This document shows positions 25,807 to 37,776 of a stretch of 64,000 nt of DNA, in pieces (position 1 is the first letter of the stretch; each line of letters starts with the position of its first letter). The notes under the pieces were generated by a model, which was not told the origin of the DNA, searched no databases, and saw only the letters and a list, made by a program, of their open reading frames with translations. The stretch is from Octopus vulgaris (lineage: Eukaryota): NCBI GenBank assembly GCA_951406725.2, contig OX597814.1, forward strand, positions 199,392,001-199,456,000. The letters run 5' to 3'. Made by a program: the position numbers and the translations under genes.

Positions 25807-27384
25807 GAGTAACGTTTTCGTGTTTGGATTTGAAAGCTATGATAAGAATAACACTGGTCAACAAAGAATTTACCCCAAGAAAAGGAATACCTGTATCTTA
25901 TATGTTTTTGCATGCAAAATTCAAAAATATTGTCGAGTTATCTGTACTAAGTTCACGTATTCCTTTATAATGACAAGAAACTGTATTAACATCGCAAACA
26001 ACTTTTACTATATATGAAAAATATGTAATATATTAAGACAATTGACGAAAAATATAATAAAATTGTAATTGATAACTATAAACTGTTATTAAAACAAAAC
26101 ACGCGGGTGGAGTGAATCTCGTAGTGTGAAGAATCAACACAAGAGGCTGAAACACAACACAACGTGCAGTTGTCATGGTAACAAACTGTTGATTGGCTAA
26201 AATTACCCAAATTTTCCAACTTTATTTAATTCCAAATAACATAAGATTCTTTAATTTACGAGATACACTAATTGGTTGATCGTAATCAAAATTCAGAGTT
26301 GCATTGATACACCAAAATCGAAAGCAATCGGAGTAAAATTCAAGGGGACACATTTTGCGAAAGAGAAAAGTTAGACCCTGTGTCTTCTATACTGAGAATC
26401 TCTGCATTTCATCTGTTGACTATATATACATATATTATGTATATGAGTTCTTTTTTATTTACTGCTAAAAAACCAGTGTTTTCGCTTATGCTCCATGACC
26501 TACTGGTCGACTATGGGGATCGTAACATAAGGAACGGATTTGAAAATACGTACTGGTCCAATACGCTCGATTAAACATTCGAACACCACTGCACAATGAG
26601 TAAAAGCGAATAAAAACTAACAGACTAAACGACTATATATGTGTGTATATGCACCCGAGTGTCACACTTCATTTAAAATATTCATTAGTTAATTATCTTA
26701 TGAATAAATAAATAAATGTCATGTCTTTCGTTTCGTTCCATAGTTATATCGTTTTATACATAATATTGTTTAATGGTTAAGAATAATGATTTGGCTTAAT
26801 TTTCTGTTTCTTTGATATCAATGATTTTACGCTCTCTCTCTCTTTCTGCTTTTTTTTTTGCGTGTGTGTGTTCCATGATCATATCTAACCATTTGCTTCA
26901 ATTGTATGATCGGTCTTCAAGGAGAAATCCCTTAAAAATCCTTTAATTATTATTCAACATAATAGCCTCCGACTCGTGTTCATCCTATTTCTCCGTCACC
27001 CGAAACCCAGAAACGTGGCCAACATTTCGATGCTCCCTTTTTCTGACATTCTCATAGCTTACTGCACTCGCTTTGAAGCTTGTCAATACTCTCGTCCAGT
27101 TTCCCGCACATCCTACATTTTTGCTGTCTTGCTCAGTTTCGTTAATGTTTGTTTTAATCATATTCGTTCTAATGATCGCATTCAGAATTTTTATTAATAT
27201 TCAGTATCTTTTAGTTCTATAACGTGCTTTCAGTGCGCTACCGAGTGCAGCTCAGTGAACCTTGCGTATGTGCTGTGGCTTGCTGCATTATTGTTAATTT
27301 TACTGTATCGAAATTGCTTTACGTAGGATGTGCTCGGTGCTAAGCAGTGCTATTTTCTCTCTCTTTATATATTTTCCTAAGTCA

Positions 27385-27705
27385 TGACTTAGGAATTATG
27401 TATTTGTCTGTAAGTGTTTTAACTATGCCTAAAGCACTTATTATCAGGAATATTTCTGTTTTCAGACTCCACATTCAGTTATCTCCATTTCCAAATCCTT
27501 TATTTCGGGAGATTCTTCGTTTCTTCTAGAGATTCATTGTCATCTGATATGTTAATTAGAAGGTATACATTTCTTGTATACCTCAAAATATATTTGTATT
27601 AGCCTTGATCTTTCTGTCATTGTGTGTATTGGCGTACTCCAGAGTATCGTTGCTTTGTCATTTATTGAGACCTTTTCTAGGCTATACTATATTTTTCCTG
27701 CTGTC
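27385..27705 (-). mobile_element. R4/Dong-like REL domain relic
   Basis: PEKVSINDKATILW..DRKIKAN...DLEMEIT.MWSLKTEI..IISALGIVK, frameshifted. Confidence 0.7.
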
Positions 27706-27737
27706 ATTCCGTCATTATTATTATTATTATTATTATT

Positions 27738-27815
27738 GAGGGAGAGAGCAAATGCATGCCATCAAAGTAACACTGGGGTAAATATACGAAGCCCAGTATA
27801 CTCATCATGACTACC
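27738..27815 (-). mobile_element. 3' fragment of the (AAT)-tailed repeat seen at 44912-45450
   Basis: gagagagc..tgcatgccatcaaagt.acact.gggt..atatacgaagcccagtata is shared. Confidence 0.75.
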
Positions 27816-27845
27816 GACTTTCAACTCAAGATCACAAAGGAAAGA

Positions 27846-28150
27846 ATTAGGTCTCTGAGGAACTGCTTGGTGTTGACTTTGTCAGCCACGTTGCTGCAAT
27901 TGTTGTTTATACGTGCAATCTCGTTTCTCACGTATGCGGCTTTGGATCCGGTGGGTGAGGCTGATTGGTAGTGGACGAAAAGTTTTCTATCAGCAGCTTT
28001 TCTATAGAATTTGGTAAATATGGAACTTTCCTTTGTGATCTTGAGTTGAAAGTCGAGTGGAGAGAGGGTTTCGGATTCGTCTGAATGTTCAATCTCGAAT
28101 GATGTTTATGTCAGTAATACTGACATAAACATCAAATTCGAGATGAACAT
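27846..28150 (-). mobile_element. Penelope-like RT fragment with fold-back end
   Basis: FEIEHSDESETLSPLDFQLKITKESSIFTKFYRKAADRKLFVHYQSASPTGSKAAYVRNEIARI matches the PLE RT motif-7/thumb pattern (FT.E..L.FLD..T.FYRK..HY.S.HP). Confidence 0.8.
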
Positions 28151-28189
28151 TGAAACTTCACGGAATGAACATTTGAAACTTGCAAACAT

Positions 28190-28375
28190 ATATTTCGCTT
28201 GCCAGAACACCATTCTAAAACACCTTTCAAATGGATACCATCAAAGAAAAAAAAGAAAAGAGTGATAGACCAAAAATACATGGTGCAGATCATTCATAAC
28301 TGACGTGAGATAGGCCGAAATCACCTAGGTGGATATAGAGGAAACGACAGCCAATAGAAGCTTCTGTTCCCATTT
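28190..28375 (+). mobile_element. Degenerate RTE 3' fragment
   Basis: KWIPS..K.DRPKNTWCRS, resembling W.P..KR.RGRPK.TW.R. Confidence 0.5.
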
Positions 28376-28418
28376 TTTCCCCTAGATATTGATATCAACA
28401 TGCTTTTATCTTCGGTTA

Positions 28419-28790
28419 GCAGTGGTTAGGGCAGCGGACTCGCGGTCATAGGATCGCGGTTTCGATTCCCAGACCGGGCGCCGTGAGTGTTTATTGAGCG
28501 AAAACACCTAAAGCTCCACGAGGCTCCGGCAAGGGATGGTGGTGATCCCTGCTGTACTCTTTCACCACAACTTTCTCTCACTCTTACTTCCTGTTTCTGT
28601 TGTACCTGTATTTCAAAGGGCCGGCCTTGTCACTCTCTGTGTCACGCTGAATATCCGCGAGAACTACGTTAAGGGTACACGTGTCTGTGGAGTGCTCAGC
28701 CACTTACACGTTAATTTCACGAGCAGGCTGTTCCGTTGATTCGGATCAACCGGAACCCTCGTCGTCGTAACCGACGGAGTGCTTTCACCA
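28419..28790 (+). mobile_element. SINE family C
   Basis: Homologous to 1141-1500. Confidence 0.88.
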
Positions 28791-29460
28791 ATCTTATAAT
28801 AACTATTTTATCATAGCTTTATATTAAATTCCTATGTCATTGTAAATATATTTATTGGATGTCTTATTTTGTTTGATAAATTCTAAACGCTAACATTAAT
28901 TGTCATGTTTTATCTCCTCTATCTATTCTTGCTAATTTACTTAATTAGGATTTGAATATATTGTAACTGGTTAAATGCTTAACTAGCTAAGGGCTTCATA
29001 GTTATTATCTAACAAGTTTTAAATCCAGTTTCGGTTATTATATTTATATGAATATGATTCGTCTTTTTATTTTCTCATGTTTGAAAATTATACTGTTTTG
29101 AGTTGTTTTTTTTATTGATAATATTTGTAAATTATTCCCTTCGGTTAATTATTTTATTTCTAATTCCACATGAAGTTATTTTGCTCATTTTCTGAATATC
29201 TTTCTCTCAAAATTCGAAGTGCTTTCTTTTTTTTTATGCCAATTTCTCTGTTTAATTTGGGTAGCATTCATAATAATTTTCACGTGTTTATAGCCTCCAC
29301 CATCCAGCCTGATGACATGTCTGGCGGATACAGTTTGATCTTCACATAGATATTTGTTTAGTTTATTTTCGTATTCATGGGATTTGTGAATTTACTGTGT
29401 TCTTTTATTAATGGCAATCTCATTTTTGAGGGATAATAATAATAATTATTATTATTATTA

Positions 29461-29857
29461 AGGTGGCGACAGAATCGTTAGTACGTTGGACGAAATGCTA
29501 AGCGGTATTTCGTCTGCCGCTACGTTCTGAGTTCAAATTCCGTCGAGGTCGACTTTGCCTTTCATCCTTTCGGGGTCAATAAATTAAGTACCTGTTACGT
29601 ACTGGAGTCGATATAATCGACTTAATCCGTCTGTGTGTCCTTGTTTGTCTCCTCTGTGTTTAGCCCCTTGTGAGTAGCAAAGTAATAGGTATTTAGCCCG
29701 TTGTTACGTTCTGAGTTCAAATTCCGCCGCGGTCGATAATTTTGTCTTTTGTCCTTTCGGGGTCGATAACTTAAGTACCATTGAAACAATGGGGACGATG
29801 TCATCGACTAGTACCCTCCCCCCACAGATTTGAGGCCTCGTACCTCCAGTAGAAAGG

Positions 29858-29895
<38 letters not shown>

Positions 29896-30066
29896 AGCGG
29901 CGAGGCTGGCAGAATCATTAGCACGCTGGACGAAATGCTTAGCGGTATTTCGCCCATCGCAACGTTCTAAGTTCAAATTCCGCCGAGGTCGACTTTGCCT
30001 TTCATCGTTTCGAGGTCGATAAATTAAGTACCAGTTGAGTACTGGGGTCGATGTAATCGACTGGCT
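29461..30066 (+). mobile_element. SINE family B cluster in (ATT)n
   Basis: Dimer plus monomer separated by (att)n. Confidence 0.82.
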
Positions 30067-30086
30067 GTAATACTAATGTATATATA

Positions 30087-30455
30087 GGCGCAGGAGCAAC
30101 TGTGTGGTAAGTAGCTTGCTTACCAACCACATGGTTCCTGGTTCAGTCCCACAGCGTGGCAACTTGGGCAAGTGTCTTCTTCTATAGCCGCGGACCGACC
30201 AAAGACTTGCCAGGAGATTTGGTTGACGGAAACTGAAAGAAGCCTGTCGTATACATATATAAATATATGTTTGTGAGTCTGTGTTTTTCCCCGCACCATC
30301 GCTTGACGACCGCCGTGACATAGCGGTTCGGCAAAAGAGACCAATAAAAGAAATAGTAGGCTTGCAGAGAATAAGTCATGGGGTCGATTTGTTCGACTAA
30401 AAGTGGTGCTCCAGCATGGCCACAGTCAAATGCCTGAAACAAATACAAGAGTAAA
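30087..30455 (+). mobile_element. SINE family A
   Basis: Head to tail ggtgctccagcatggccacagtcaaatgcctgaaac. Confidence 0.85.
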
Positions 30456-31500
30456 ATAAAAAAAAATTTTATTTGATTTCAGTCTTTCTTTACCACATGA
30501 TATATGTACTTTAATAGTCATATCTATTGGTGGGTTTTCGTATTTAGTAAAACCGTTGTTTAATTTTTATTTGCAATTTCATTCTGTATTGATACATTTT
30601 TCACTGTCTGTGTTATTTGTTTCGATCTCCCTATTTATTTGCTTACGTTAGACTGTATGTCTCTATCTAAATTTTATTCAGATGTGGATAACTTATTCTC
30701 CAATGATTATGTGTATCATGCTTTGGTTGCAGTACGACTGGCTGTAAAATATTCATAAAGCGCAGAAAACATTTCCCTTTCGTGTCAATTTATGATTTAC
30801 GGTTTTATTAGAAGAATTTAAGCATCGATGGATGGACCTGTATTTATATTGTGATTATTTTTTTTCTTATTTGCTTAATGTTTTAATATATTTTAAGTAT
30901 TAACTTCTAAGTATGCATTTTGCATCTAATATGTCGATGAATATGGCTTTCATTTGGATTGTTTATCATGTTTTATTTATAACTAAAAATTATTGATTTT
31001 ACTTTTTGTTCAGTCAGCAAGTCTCTTGTAGTTGTTGTCGTTGTTGTTTCGTTACTTTAGATAATCTCTCACTGATCAGAAAAATGTTACGTTGTCAGAC
31101 GGCCGAATGACTTGGTAGGATCTCCGGAACTATAGCACAGGAAATAGCATCCGATTGCAAATTCTGACACTCAGAGGTTTTGCTGTGTTTTAGTATGGGG
31201 TAGTTGTACACTAGAAGCATCTGCACACTTCACTAATTTTCTAGAAATAGAAGCCAACCTACTCTGAAATATTAGGCTATAATCTGAAAAATTGTAGGAT
31301 ACCCTGAATAATTCTTTGCAGCAGTTATTATCGTTTTACTCCATTTTATACCAGATGGAGCCAAACTAAGGTCAAAGTATTTCATTCATTTCCATTCAGT
31401 CTTTTTGTATATCAGCTTCTGCACTGCTTAAGGTGTCTTTCCTTGCTTTCGCATAAACTTACTTCGATTTTCTTTATAAGCTTATACAAGGTAATACAGC

Positions 31501-31840
31501 TTATTACCTCTGCCTTAGCGAAGGCAGAGGTATTGTTTTCAGTCGTGTTTGTTTGTTTGTCCGTGGACAAGATATCTCAAGAACCGCTGGATGGATTCGG
31601 ATGAAACGTTTACAGATGCTTGACCTCATGACTGGCACGAACTGATTAGATTTGGGGATCGATCCGGTATCGGACAAGTATTTCGGATTATTGTTTCCTG
31701 TTCATTTTCAATATTCTCGTTTGTGAGAGCAGTCGAGTTTATTTCAGATATTCTCATTTTAAAAATCACCTCTGGCTAATCGTTAAGAGGACGTTGGTGT
31801 TGCCTTGGCGGAGGTTTGCGCTCTCTGAGTGCTCTCGTTA
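31501..31840 (+). mobile_element. HINE/DINE-like non-autonomous Helentron
   Basis: ttattacctctgccttagcgaaggcagaggta ... gccttggcggaggtttgcgctctctgagtgc. Confidence 0.75.
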
Positions 31841-33049
31841 GAGATTAAATTTAATAAAATTGAAAATGTTAATTCGTAGATTTTGATGAGCATTTCCCCT
31901 ATTATTGTTTTGCACGCGATGATGGGTCATTGGAGGCATTTGAAACTGCACTGTCGCTATTCATTATTACACCATTTATATTTTCCTTATGTCTATTTCT
32001 TGGGCTCTTACATAACAGAACAGTGCGTAGCGTTTCAGAGCGAATAATTATCAGTATCTAAGAATAATTCTTCTTTCCGTGTTTACCGTAGATGTCTAAT
32101 TTCCGTTTCATAATACCAGCTCTTATAAATCAAAGAAATGTTCTTAAGGTATTCTCTGTTAATATCTTTCACTTTTTATGACCATTGGTCTCATCTATAA
32201 GCGCCAATTCCTAATGATCCTGCTAGTATTTATATTACATGCGTACGCGTATAACATCAAGACTTTCATACATCTCAACAGTTAATGGAATATCAATGAT
32301 TGCACACAACCATATGTCTTGTCAACAGCAACTATAAGAAAGCTTTTCTTGGTATGGTCACAGTGTCTGTAGAAAGCATTATTAATTTCCTCATATCCAT
32401 AGCTGTGGAGGAAAGGAGAGAAGGATAGAGATAGGAGAGAGATGGAGAAGAGACACAGCTACAAAGGCGTAATTGATTACATGTAAAAGAGAAATGGGAA
32501 TAGATATTCATCTGTAATGCATTATGTCCTTGAATAATGAAGATATTACTATTTGTTTTGAAATAAAGGCAGTATTAATTATGTATTTACAGCAGTGGCT
32601 GCATGAAAACTGGGTTTATCAATTGAATACTCTTGCGCATTTTACTCTAAGACATTCAAAGTCTCTCTCCAAATGATATGCATCAATTTCACTGATAATC
32701 TTTCTTTACGATTTCACATCCATTACATAACAGAAACTGGCAGAGGATATGTCAGCTTCCAACAGTTCTACTCTACATTATACGGAGATCCAGCCCACAT
32801 TTAAAACTACTACGCGACTTACTGGAATGGGCGAATTCACCAACACCCGCCAGTCGCTGCAACACAGATTTAAAATACCCTCACGCTGCTTTTTTTGCTG
32901 TTATTACAGTTGCCGCTTCTGTTCAGAGATGGCTGGGGCCAACTCTAAACCAGGCGAACCTGACTCATTTGCCTTTCTTCTCGCCACCCGTATTATCATT
33001 ACGCCCTGCAGCTCTCTACTAATCACTGGTCTCAATCCTCCAGTCCTTG

Positions 33050-33116
33050 GAAGTTCTTCATTTCATTTCATCTAGTTTCAGCTCACGAGCTGTGGCCATG
33101 CTGGGGCACCGCCATT
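33050..33116 (-). mobile_element. CR1-like/SINE-A-type 3' tail fused to the 5S
   Basis: Minus strand tggcggtgccccagcatggccacagctcgtgagctgaaactagatgaaatgaaatgaag. Confidence 0.8.
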
Positions 33117-33121
33117 GAAAG

Positions 33122-33241
33122 ACATTTACAGCACCTAGGTTTCCCAAGTGGTCAACCATCTAAGTACTAACTAGGCTCGACTTTGCTTAACTTCGATGAT
33201 CGGACGAGAACCGGTGTTTTCAAAGTGATATGGCCGTAAAC
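33122..33241 (-). rRNA. 5S rRNA: 5S rRNA gene or recent pseudogene (full length)
   Basis: GTTTACGGCCATATCACTTTGAAAACACCGGTTCTCGTCCGATCATCGAAGTTAAGCAAAGTCGAGCCTAGTTAGTACTTAGATGGTTGACCACTTGGGAAACCTAGGTGCTGTAAAT. Helices I (GTTTACGGC/GCTGTAAAT), II (ACTTTG/CAAAGT) and V (CCTAG/CTAGG) pair. Confidence 0.93.
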
Positions 33242-33251
33242 AAAGAAAATT

Positions 33252-33321
33252 TGACCCCGACGTGATTCGAACACGCGGCCTTCTGATCTGGAGTCAGACG
33301 CTACCGTTGCTCCACAGCGTC
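33252..33321 (-). tRNA. trnW-CCA: tRNA-Trp(CCA), probably a pseudogene
   Basis: GACGCTGTGGAGCAACGGTAGCGTCTGACTCCAGATCAGAAGGCCGCGTGTTCGAATCACGTCGGGGTCA. Anticodon arm and T arm/B box are intact; there is a 2-nt D-stem deletion and a G:G acceptor mismatch. Confidence 0.88.
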
Positions 33322-33374
33322 AAACATGTCTATGATTTCCTAGTAATTGTTCTAAAGATGGGGTTCTCTACCAT

Positions 33375-33738
33375 TTATGTATTTACAGTGGCTGGATGAA
33401 AACTAGGTTTATCAATTGAATACTCTTGCGTATTTTACTCTAAAACATTCATATTTTCATATTTTTCCTGTTCATTTTTAGTATTCTCGTTTCTGAGTGC
33501 AATCGAGTTTATTTCAGATATTCTCATTTTAAAAATCATCCCTGTCTAATCGTTGAGAGGACGTTGGTGTTGCCATGGCGGAGGTTTGTGCTCTCTGAGT
33601 GCTCTTGTTAGAGATTAAATTTAATAAAATTGAAAATGTTAATTCGTAGATTTTAATGAGCATTTCCCCTATTATTGTTTTGCATACGATAATGGGTCAT
33701 TGGAGGCATTTGAAACTACACTGTCGCTATTCATTATT
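33375..33738. repeat. Local duplicated blocks in swapped order
   Basis: 33375-33451 resembles 32579-32658. 33464-33738 resembles 31694-31968, including the HINE 3' end and its flank. Confidence 0.9.
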
Positions 33739-33939
33739 TCGCCTTTTGATTACTGTTCCATTTTGCTGGACCCCACGAGCCATTCGATGTTTAAAAACTA
33801 GTGTTATAGAAACTCCTTCGGAATTCCTATTTTGTTTCTCGTACATTAATTTGTGTAGGTTGAATTATGTAAAACGTTACAGAAAGAAACTTAGCTGTTT
33901 CTTGCAATACATACCAATACATATCAACATATACACCTA

Positions 33940-34049
33940 AAGCAGAATTCTTTCAGGGGCCCTTAAAAAAACTATCGTGGATCCCCAATTTAGTACTTTG
34001 TTACGTGAATCCCCGAAAATTTGATATGGATCCCCATTGAGAACCACTG
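33940..34049. mobile_element. hAT/Charlie-like MITE end
   Basis: ttgagaaccactg terminus with ggatcccc subterminal repeats. Confidence 0.4.
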
Positions 34050-34610
34050 TTCTGGGGCATGATCCTACTGATATCGGAGGGCCTGAGAACCTCAAGGACA
34101 CAATCCCTTCTTTTATACCGAAGAATTATAAAAAACCCTAGTAACTAACTTGTGTGTCTTGATTTCATAAATGCTCCAAACCTCACTAATTGTGTCCAGA
34201 ACAGATAATTTCTGCTTCGTTAATCAGTTTACACGAGTCTAATCGACTCACCAGGGATGTAAGAATAGAAGCTAGAGGTGCTATAACTGATACATTGATT
34301 AAATGTACTAATTATATATTTTAAAATGCTGACCAAAATATGCACTGAAATTTTGAGTCTTAGCCAGTTTGGCGCAGTTAGAATTGAATATATGTTAACG
34401 CTTTTGGCAAACGCTACCTAAGACAAACTGTGTTACATGTTAAACCATAAAACAAATCACATCACCGATACTAGTGATGCTGGACTAGATTGATTTGTAT
34501 AAGTCCCCTTGCGTCAATGATCACACGTAGTGTAAAGGGAAGAGATGTTTCCCGAATTCGACGTACAGCAGCGATAAGCATATTGACATTCGGGTCTGCC
34601 ACAACACATT

Positions 34611-34821
34611 GGTTTCAAATTTTGGCACAAGGCCAGTAATTCCGAGTGAGTGGGTAAGTCGATTATATCGACTGCCGTGCTCAACTCATACTTCTTTTAT
34701 CCACCCCGAAATGATGAAAGTAAAGTAAATCTCGACGGAATTTGAGCGCAGAAGGTAAAGACGTCCGAAATGCCGCTAAGCATTTTGCCCGCGAGCAAAC
34801 GATTCTACCAGCTCACCGGCC
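34611..34821 (-). mobile_element. Diverged SINE family B
   Basis: B head and body with an alternative tail ccttgtgccaaaatttgaaac. Confidence 0.7.
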
Positions 34822-37546
34822 TATTCTGTCAGAACGTATTAAAAATGAATAGATATAATATTATTTAGATTCTCGTTGTTTTGCTTGCTCCCAATGAATC
34901 ATTACCGGTCTATTAGACATCACGTATCGACAAATAATTAGTTTGCAGTTTTCTATAAACAAGGGCCATTACTCTCGTTTACATTTATTGATCCAGGATA
35001 GCTTTGACTGGAGAGACACACAACGATGTTGAAACTCCATGGTTTTTCAAAAGCCCCTTAAGTAATGAATCGCTTGTATTATGAACACACACCGTCCAAA
35101 GTCGGGCGATGTTCTCAGAAGAGGAAGTCAACGTGGAACATATCCACGTTTGAATCAATCAGAATGTATTGAAAATGGATGCGCTTTTGTTAAAACATGT
35201 TCCTTCTCTGGAATATCAAAGTTAAGCATGTAATCAGCCACTGACTCGTCATATTCGTTATGTAATGGATTGTGAGAAACAACGGCATGTTAATAAAGCT
35301 ATTTACCATCATATGATAGATAGGCTCTTCCACCGCTTCTTATCATTTTGTTCTGTATCCTCAACAGGATATTATATCAGCGTAAAATCGACATACAGCG
35401 CACTATACAAGAGAAGCTTAATTATAGTCGTTGAATACCACAGAATTTCGAAGTTGTATCATCTTTCAACGTAGGATTCAACGTAGATGGTATATATTCA
35501 GTGCATTCAATCCTGTTTAGGTTGATAATGTGATTAAAACAAAGATTAATATTTATGATTGTATTTTCACTGATATCAATTCCAAATATCAAACACCGTA
35601 GGGATGCTTACGCAAATTCATTATTTTTATAATTGTTGTTCCATGAATAGAAATATTGCCAACGTATATTTCATGATTACAACTTAATTTAGGGTCATCA
35701 TTTATTTCATCTGGGAGTTTAGCAAACGATTTATTATTTTTTTTGTTTAGTTTTATATATTCTTCTTCGGCAGTTTCACGTGCTCCTTACAAAGATGAAA
35801 ATAACTGAATCGAACATTTCCTTCTTAAGACAATAACCTGGGGGTTATTTTAAGAAGAAAACTAATATCTGATAAATCTGGTTCTATCCATATAAAAGCT
35901 TTAAGGAATTGAAATTCTTGTGTGTATAAATTAAATTTATTTAAAGCACACGAACGTTTCAACTACTTAATTGAAATTCTAGGATGTACGCACATCTTTA
36001 TAAATCACCTAATCAAGGCAGTTTAATTAGCTATCGGAAAATTGGTGGCGTCATTTATCCTGTTTAAGAATTATTGTCAACCAATTAATATAATTAGATT
36101 AGGTTTTATTTTTGTAAATGAATGCATTTTGTACGAACTCATCTATCGTGCGTTTGTCTTGCATTGACATGCATAACGCACAGAAAAGAAATGCACCGAA
36201 TGAATTCTCTTTGGTTGGATGATTGATTACAGCTCTTCAAAATAGATTGAGATTAAAATTTACAATTAAAACAATTAAAACCAAATTCTTCAAAAGAATT
36301 ATTTTCTGTTTACACTCTTACTTAACATAGGAAAGTACTTGAGAAATAAAACCTGTTACTGAAATTAGATATTTTTCTTAGCTAATCAATATTTGAGATA
36401 TAAAAGTACTAATTTATTCTTTTCCCGATTAAGTCATTTGAAATATGAAACAATGAAGTATTTGAATGGTACTGTAGATCGCTATTTCACCCTTTATTCT
36501 TTCTAGTTTCGCATTATTCTTACCCGCCGTTAAATATTTTCTACCTCGACCTCGCAAGCGGGAACCTATAAACTCATATTGTAGAGCTTATTACGCTGCA
36601 AATATATTATTAAGTTATCTAAAGCCACTACGCAGTATGCATATCCAAAACGCTGGCTAATTTGAATATAACTGTATTGTATCTCCTTTTATTATCGCAA
36701 GGTCTTAAACGTGCATAAAAGTAATATTCTTTGTGATATTTTTCAGGAGAATATCGAGAGAGGTGCAATGCCGTTTTTGTTATTATATATAACGTCTATC
36801 TAAACTAAAATAAGGTATTCGCTTCATGAAATCGGTTTTTCGCAGCCTTCTGCCTCTCTGATTAAGAACTGTAACAGATAATTGAGGTATGCATCGAAAT
36901 CCACAATATCTAATCAGTCACTCCTCGCAAACATTTCGGTAAAATACTGTTGGAAAACTATAGACGTCTGCTTGAAATCGAATAGCATCTCTCACCCCAC
37001 GCCAGCTGGGGTGGGGGTGTCAGAGGCCGAATTCGCAATGTAATTAGATTATGTTACTTTCTCGCTTTCCGGGCCCATACCACGCTTTCGTGCCTTCCTT
37101 TCGTTAATTCTTTTGTTAATTCGAAGATTTTGAGACTAAGTTTGATCGCTAGCACGTTAACTGTGATACCTTTTCTAAACCAGTGAATGATCTTTGCTAT
37201 ACTGTTCTTTACAGCTTTTTCTTGGCTAAAGCTAACAAATGTTGACCTGATTTTCTCTTTTGACGTGACCCGTCACTTTGTTTTCTTTTGATAATGATCG
37301 CCGTCAATTCCCGCTTAACTAGTTCGCTAATCCGGTCCATGAAAGTCTTGGAAAAACATGCATAGCTCTAAATCCAAACAATTTCGAAACAGTATTCTCA
37401 CGTTCCTCCACACTGGTCGATCAATTGAAGAATTAGTTCAGCGACATCCCAAAAGGGAATGTGCGAATTCCTCTCGGAAATCCTGGTCACGTGAGGGTTC
37501 TTTCATCTAGTTTTAATAAACCGAGTTCTTTGAGATTACTTTACGT

Positions 37547-37776
37547 ATTTCTTTATTACCCACAAGGGGCTAAACACAGAGAGGACAAACAAGGACGGAC
37601 AAAGTGATTAAGTCGATTATATCGACCCCAGTGCGTAACTGGTACTTAATTTATCGACCCCGAAAGGATGAAAGGCAAAGTCGACCTCGGCGGAATTTGA
37701 ACTCAGAACGTAGCGGCAGACGAAATACGGCTACGCATTTCGCCCGGTGTGCTAACGTTTCTGCCAGCTCGCCGCC
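37547..37776 (-). mobile_element. SINE family B, young copy
   Basis: 17-bp TSD ttgagattactttacgt at 37530-37546 and 37777-37793. Confidence 0.93.

Noticed and set aside
26100-26380. Possible DNA-transposon or MITE remnant (also 36470-37500)
   Set aside because: Could not identify paired TIRs or a TSD.
33030-33345. TSD around the tRNA-5S-tail chimera
   Set aside because: No direct repeat found. This is uninformative, because CR1/L2-group insertions often lack clear TSDs.
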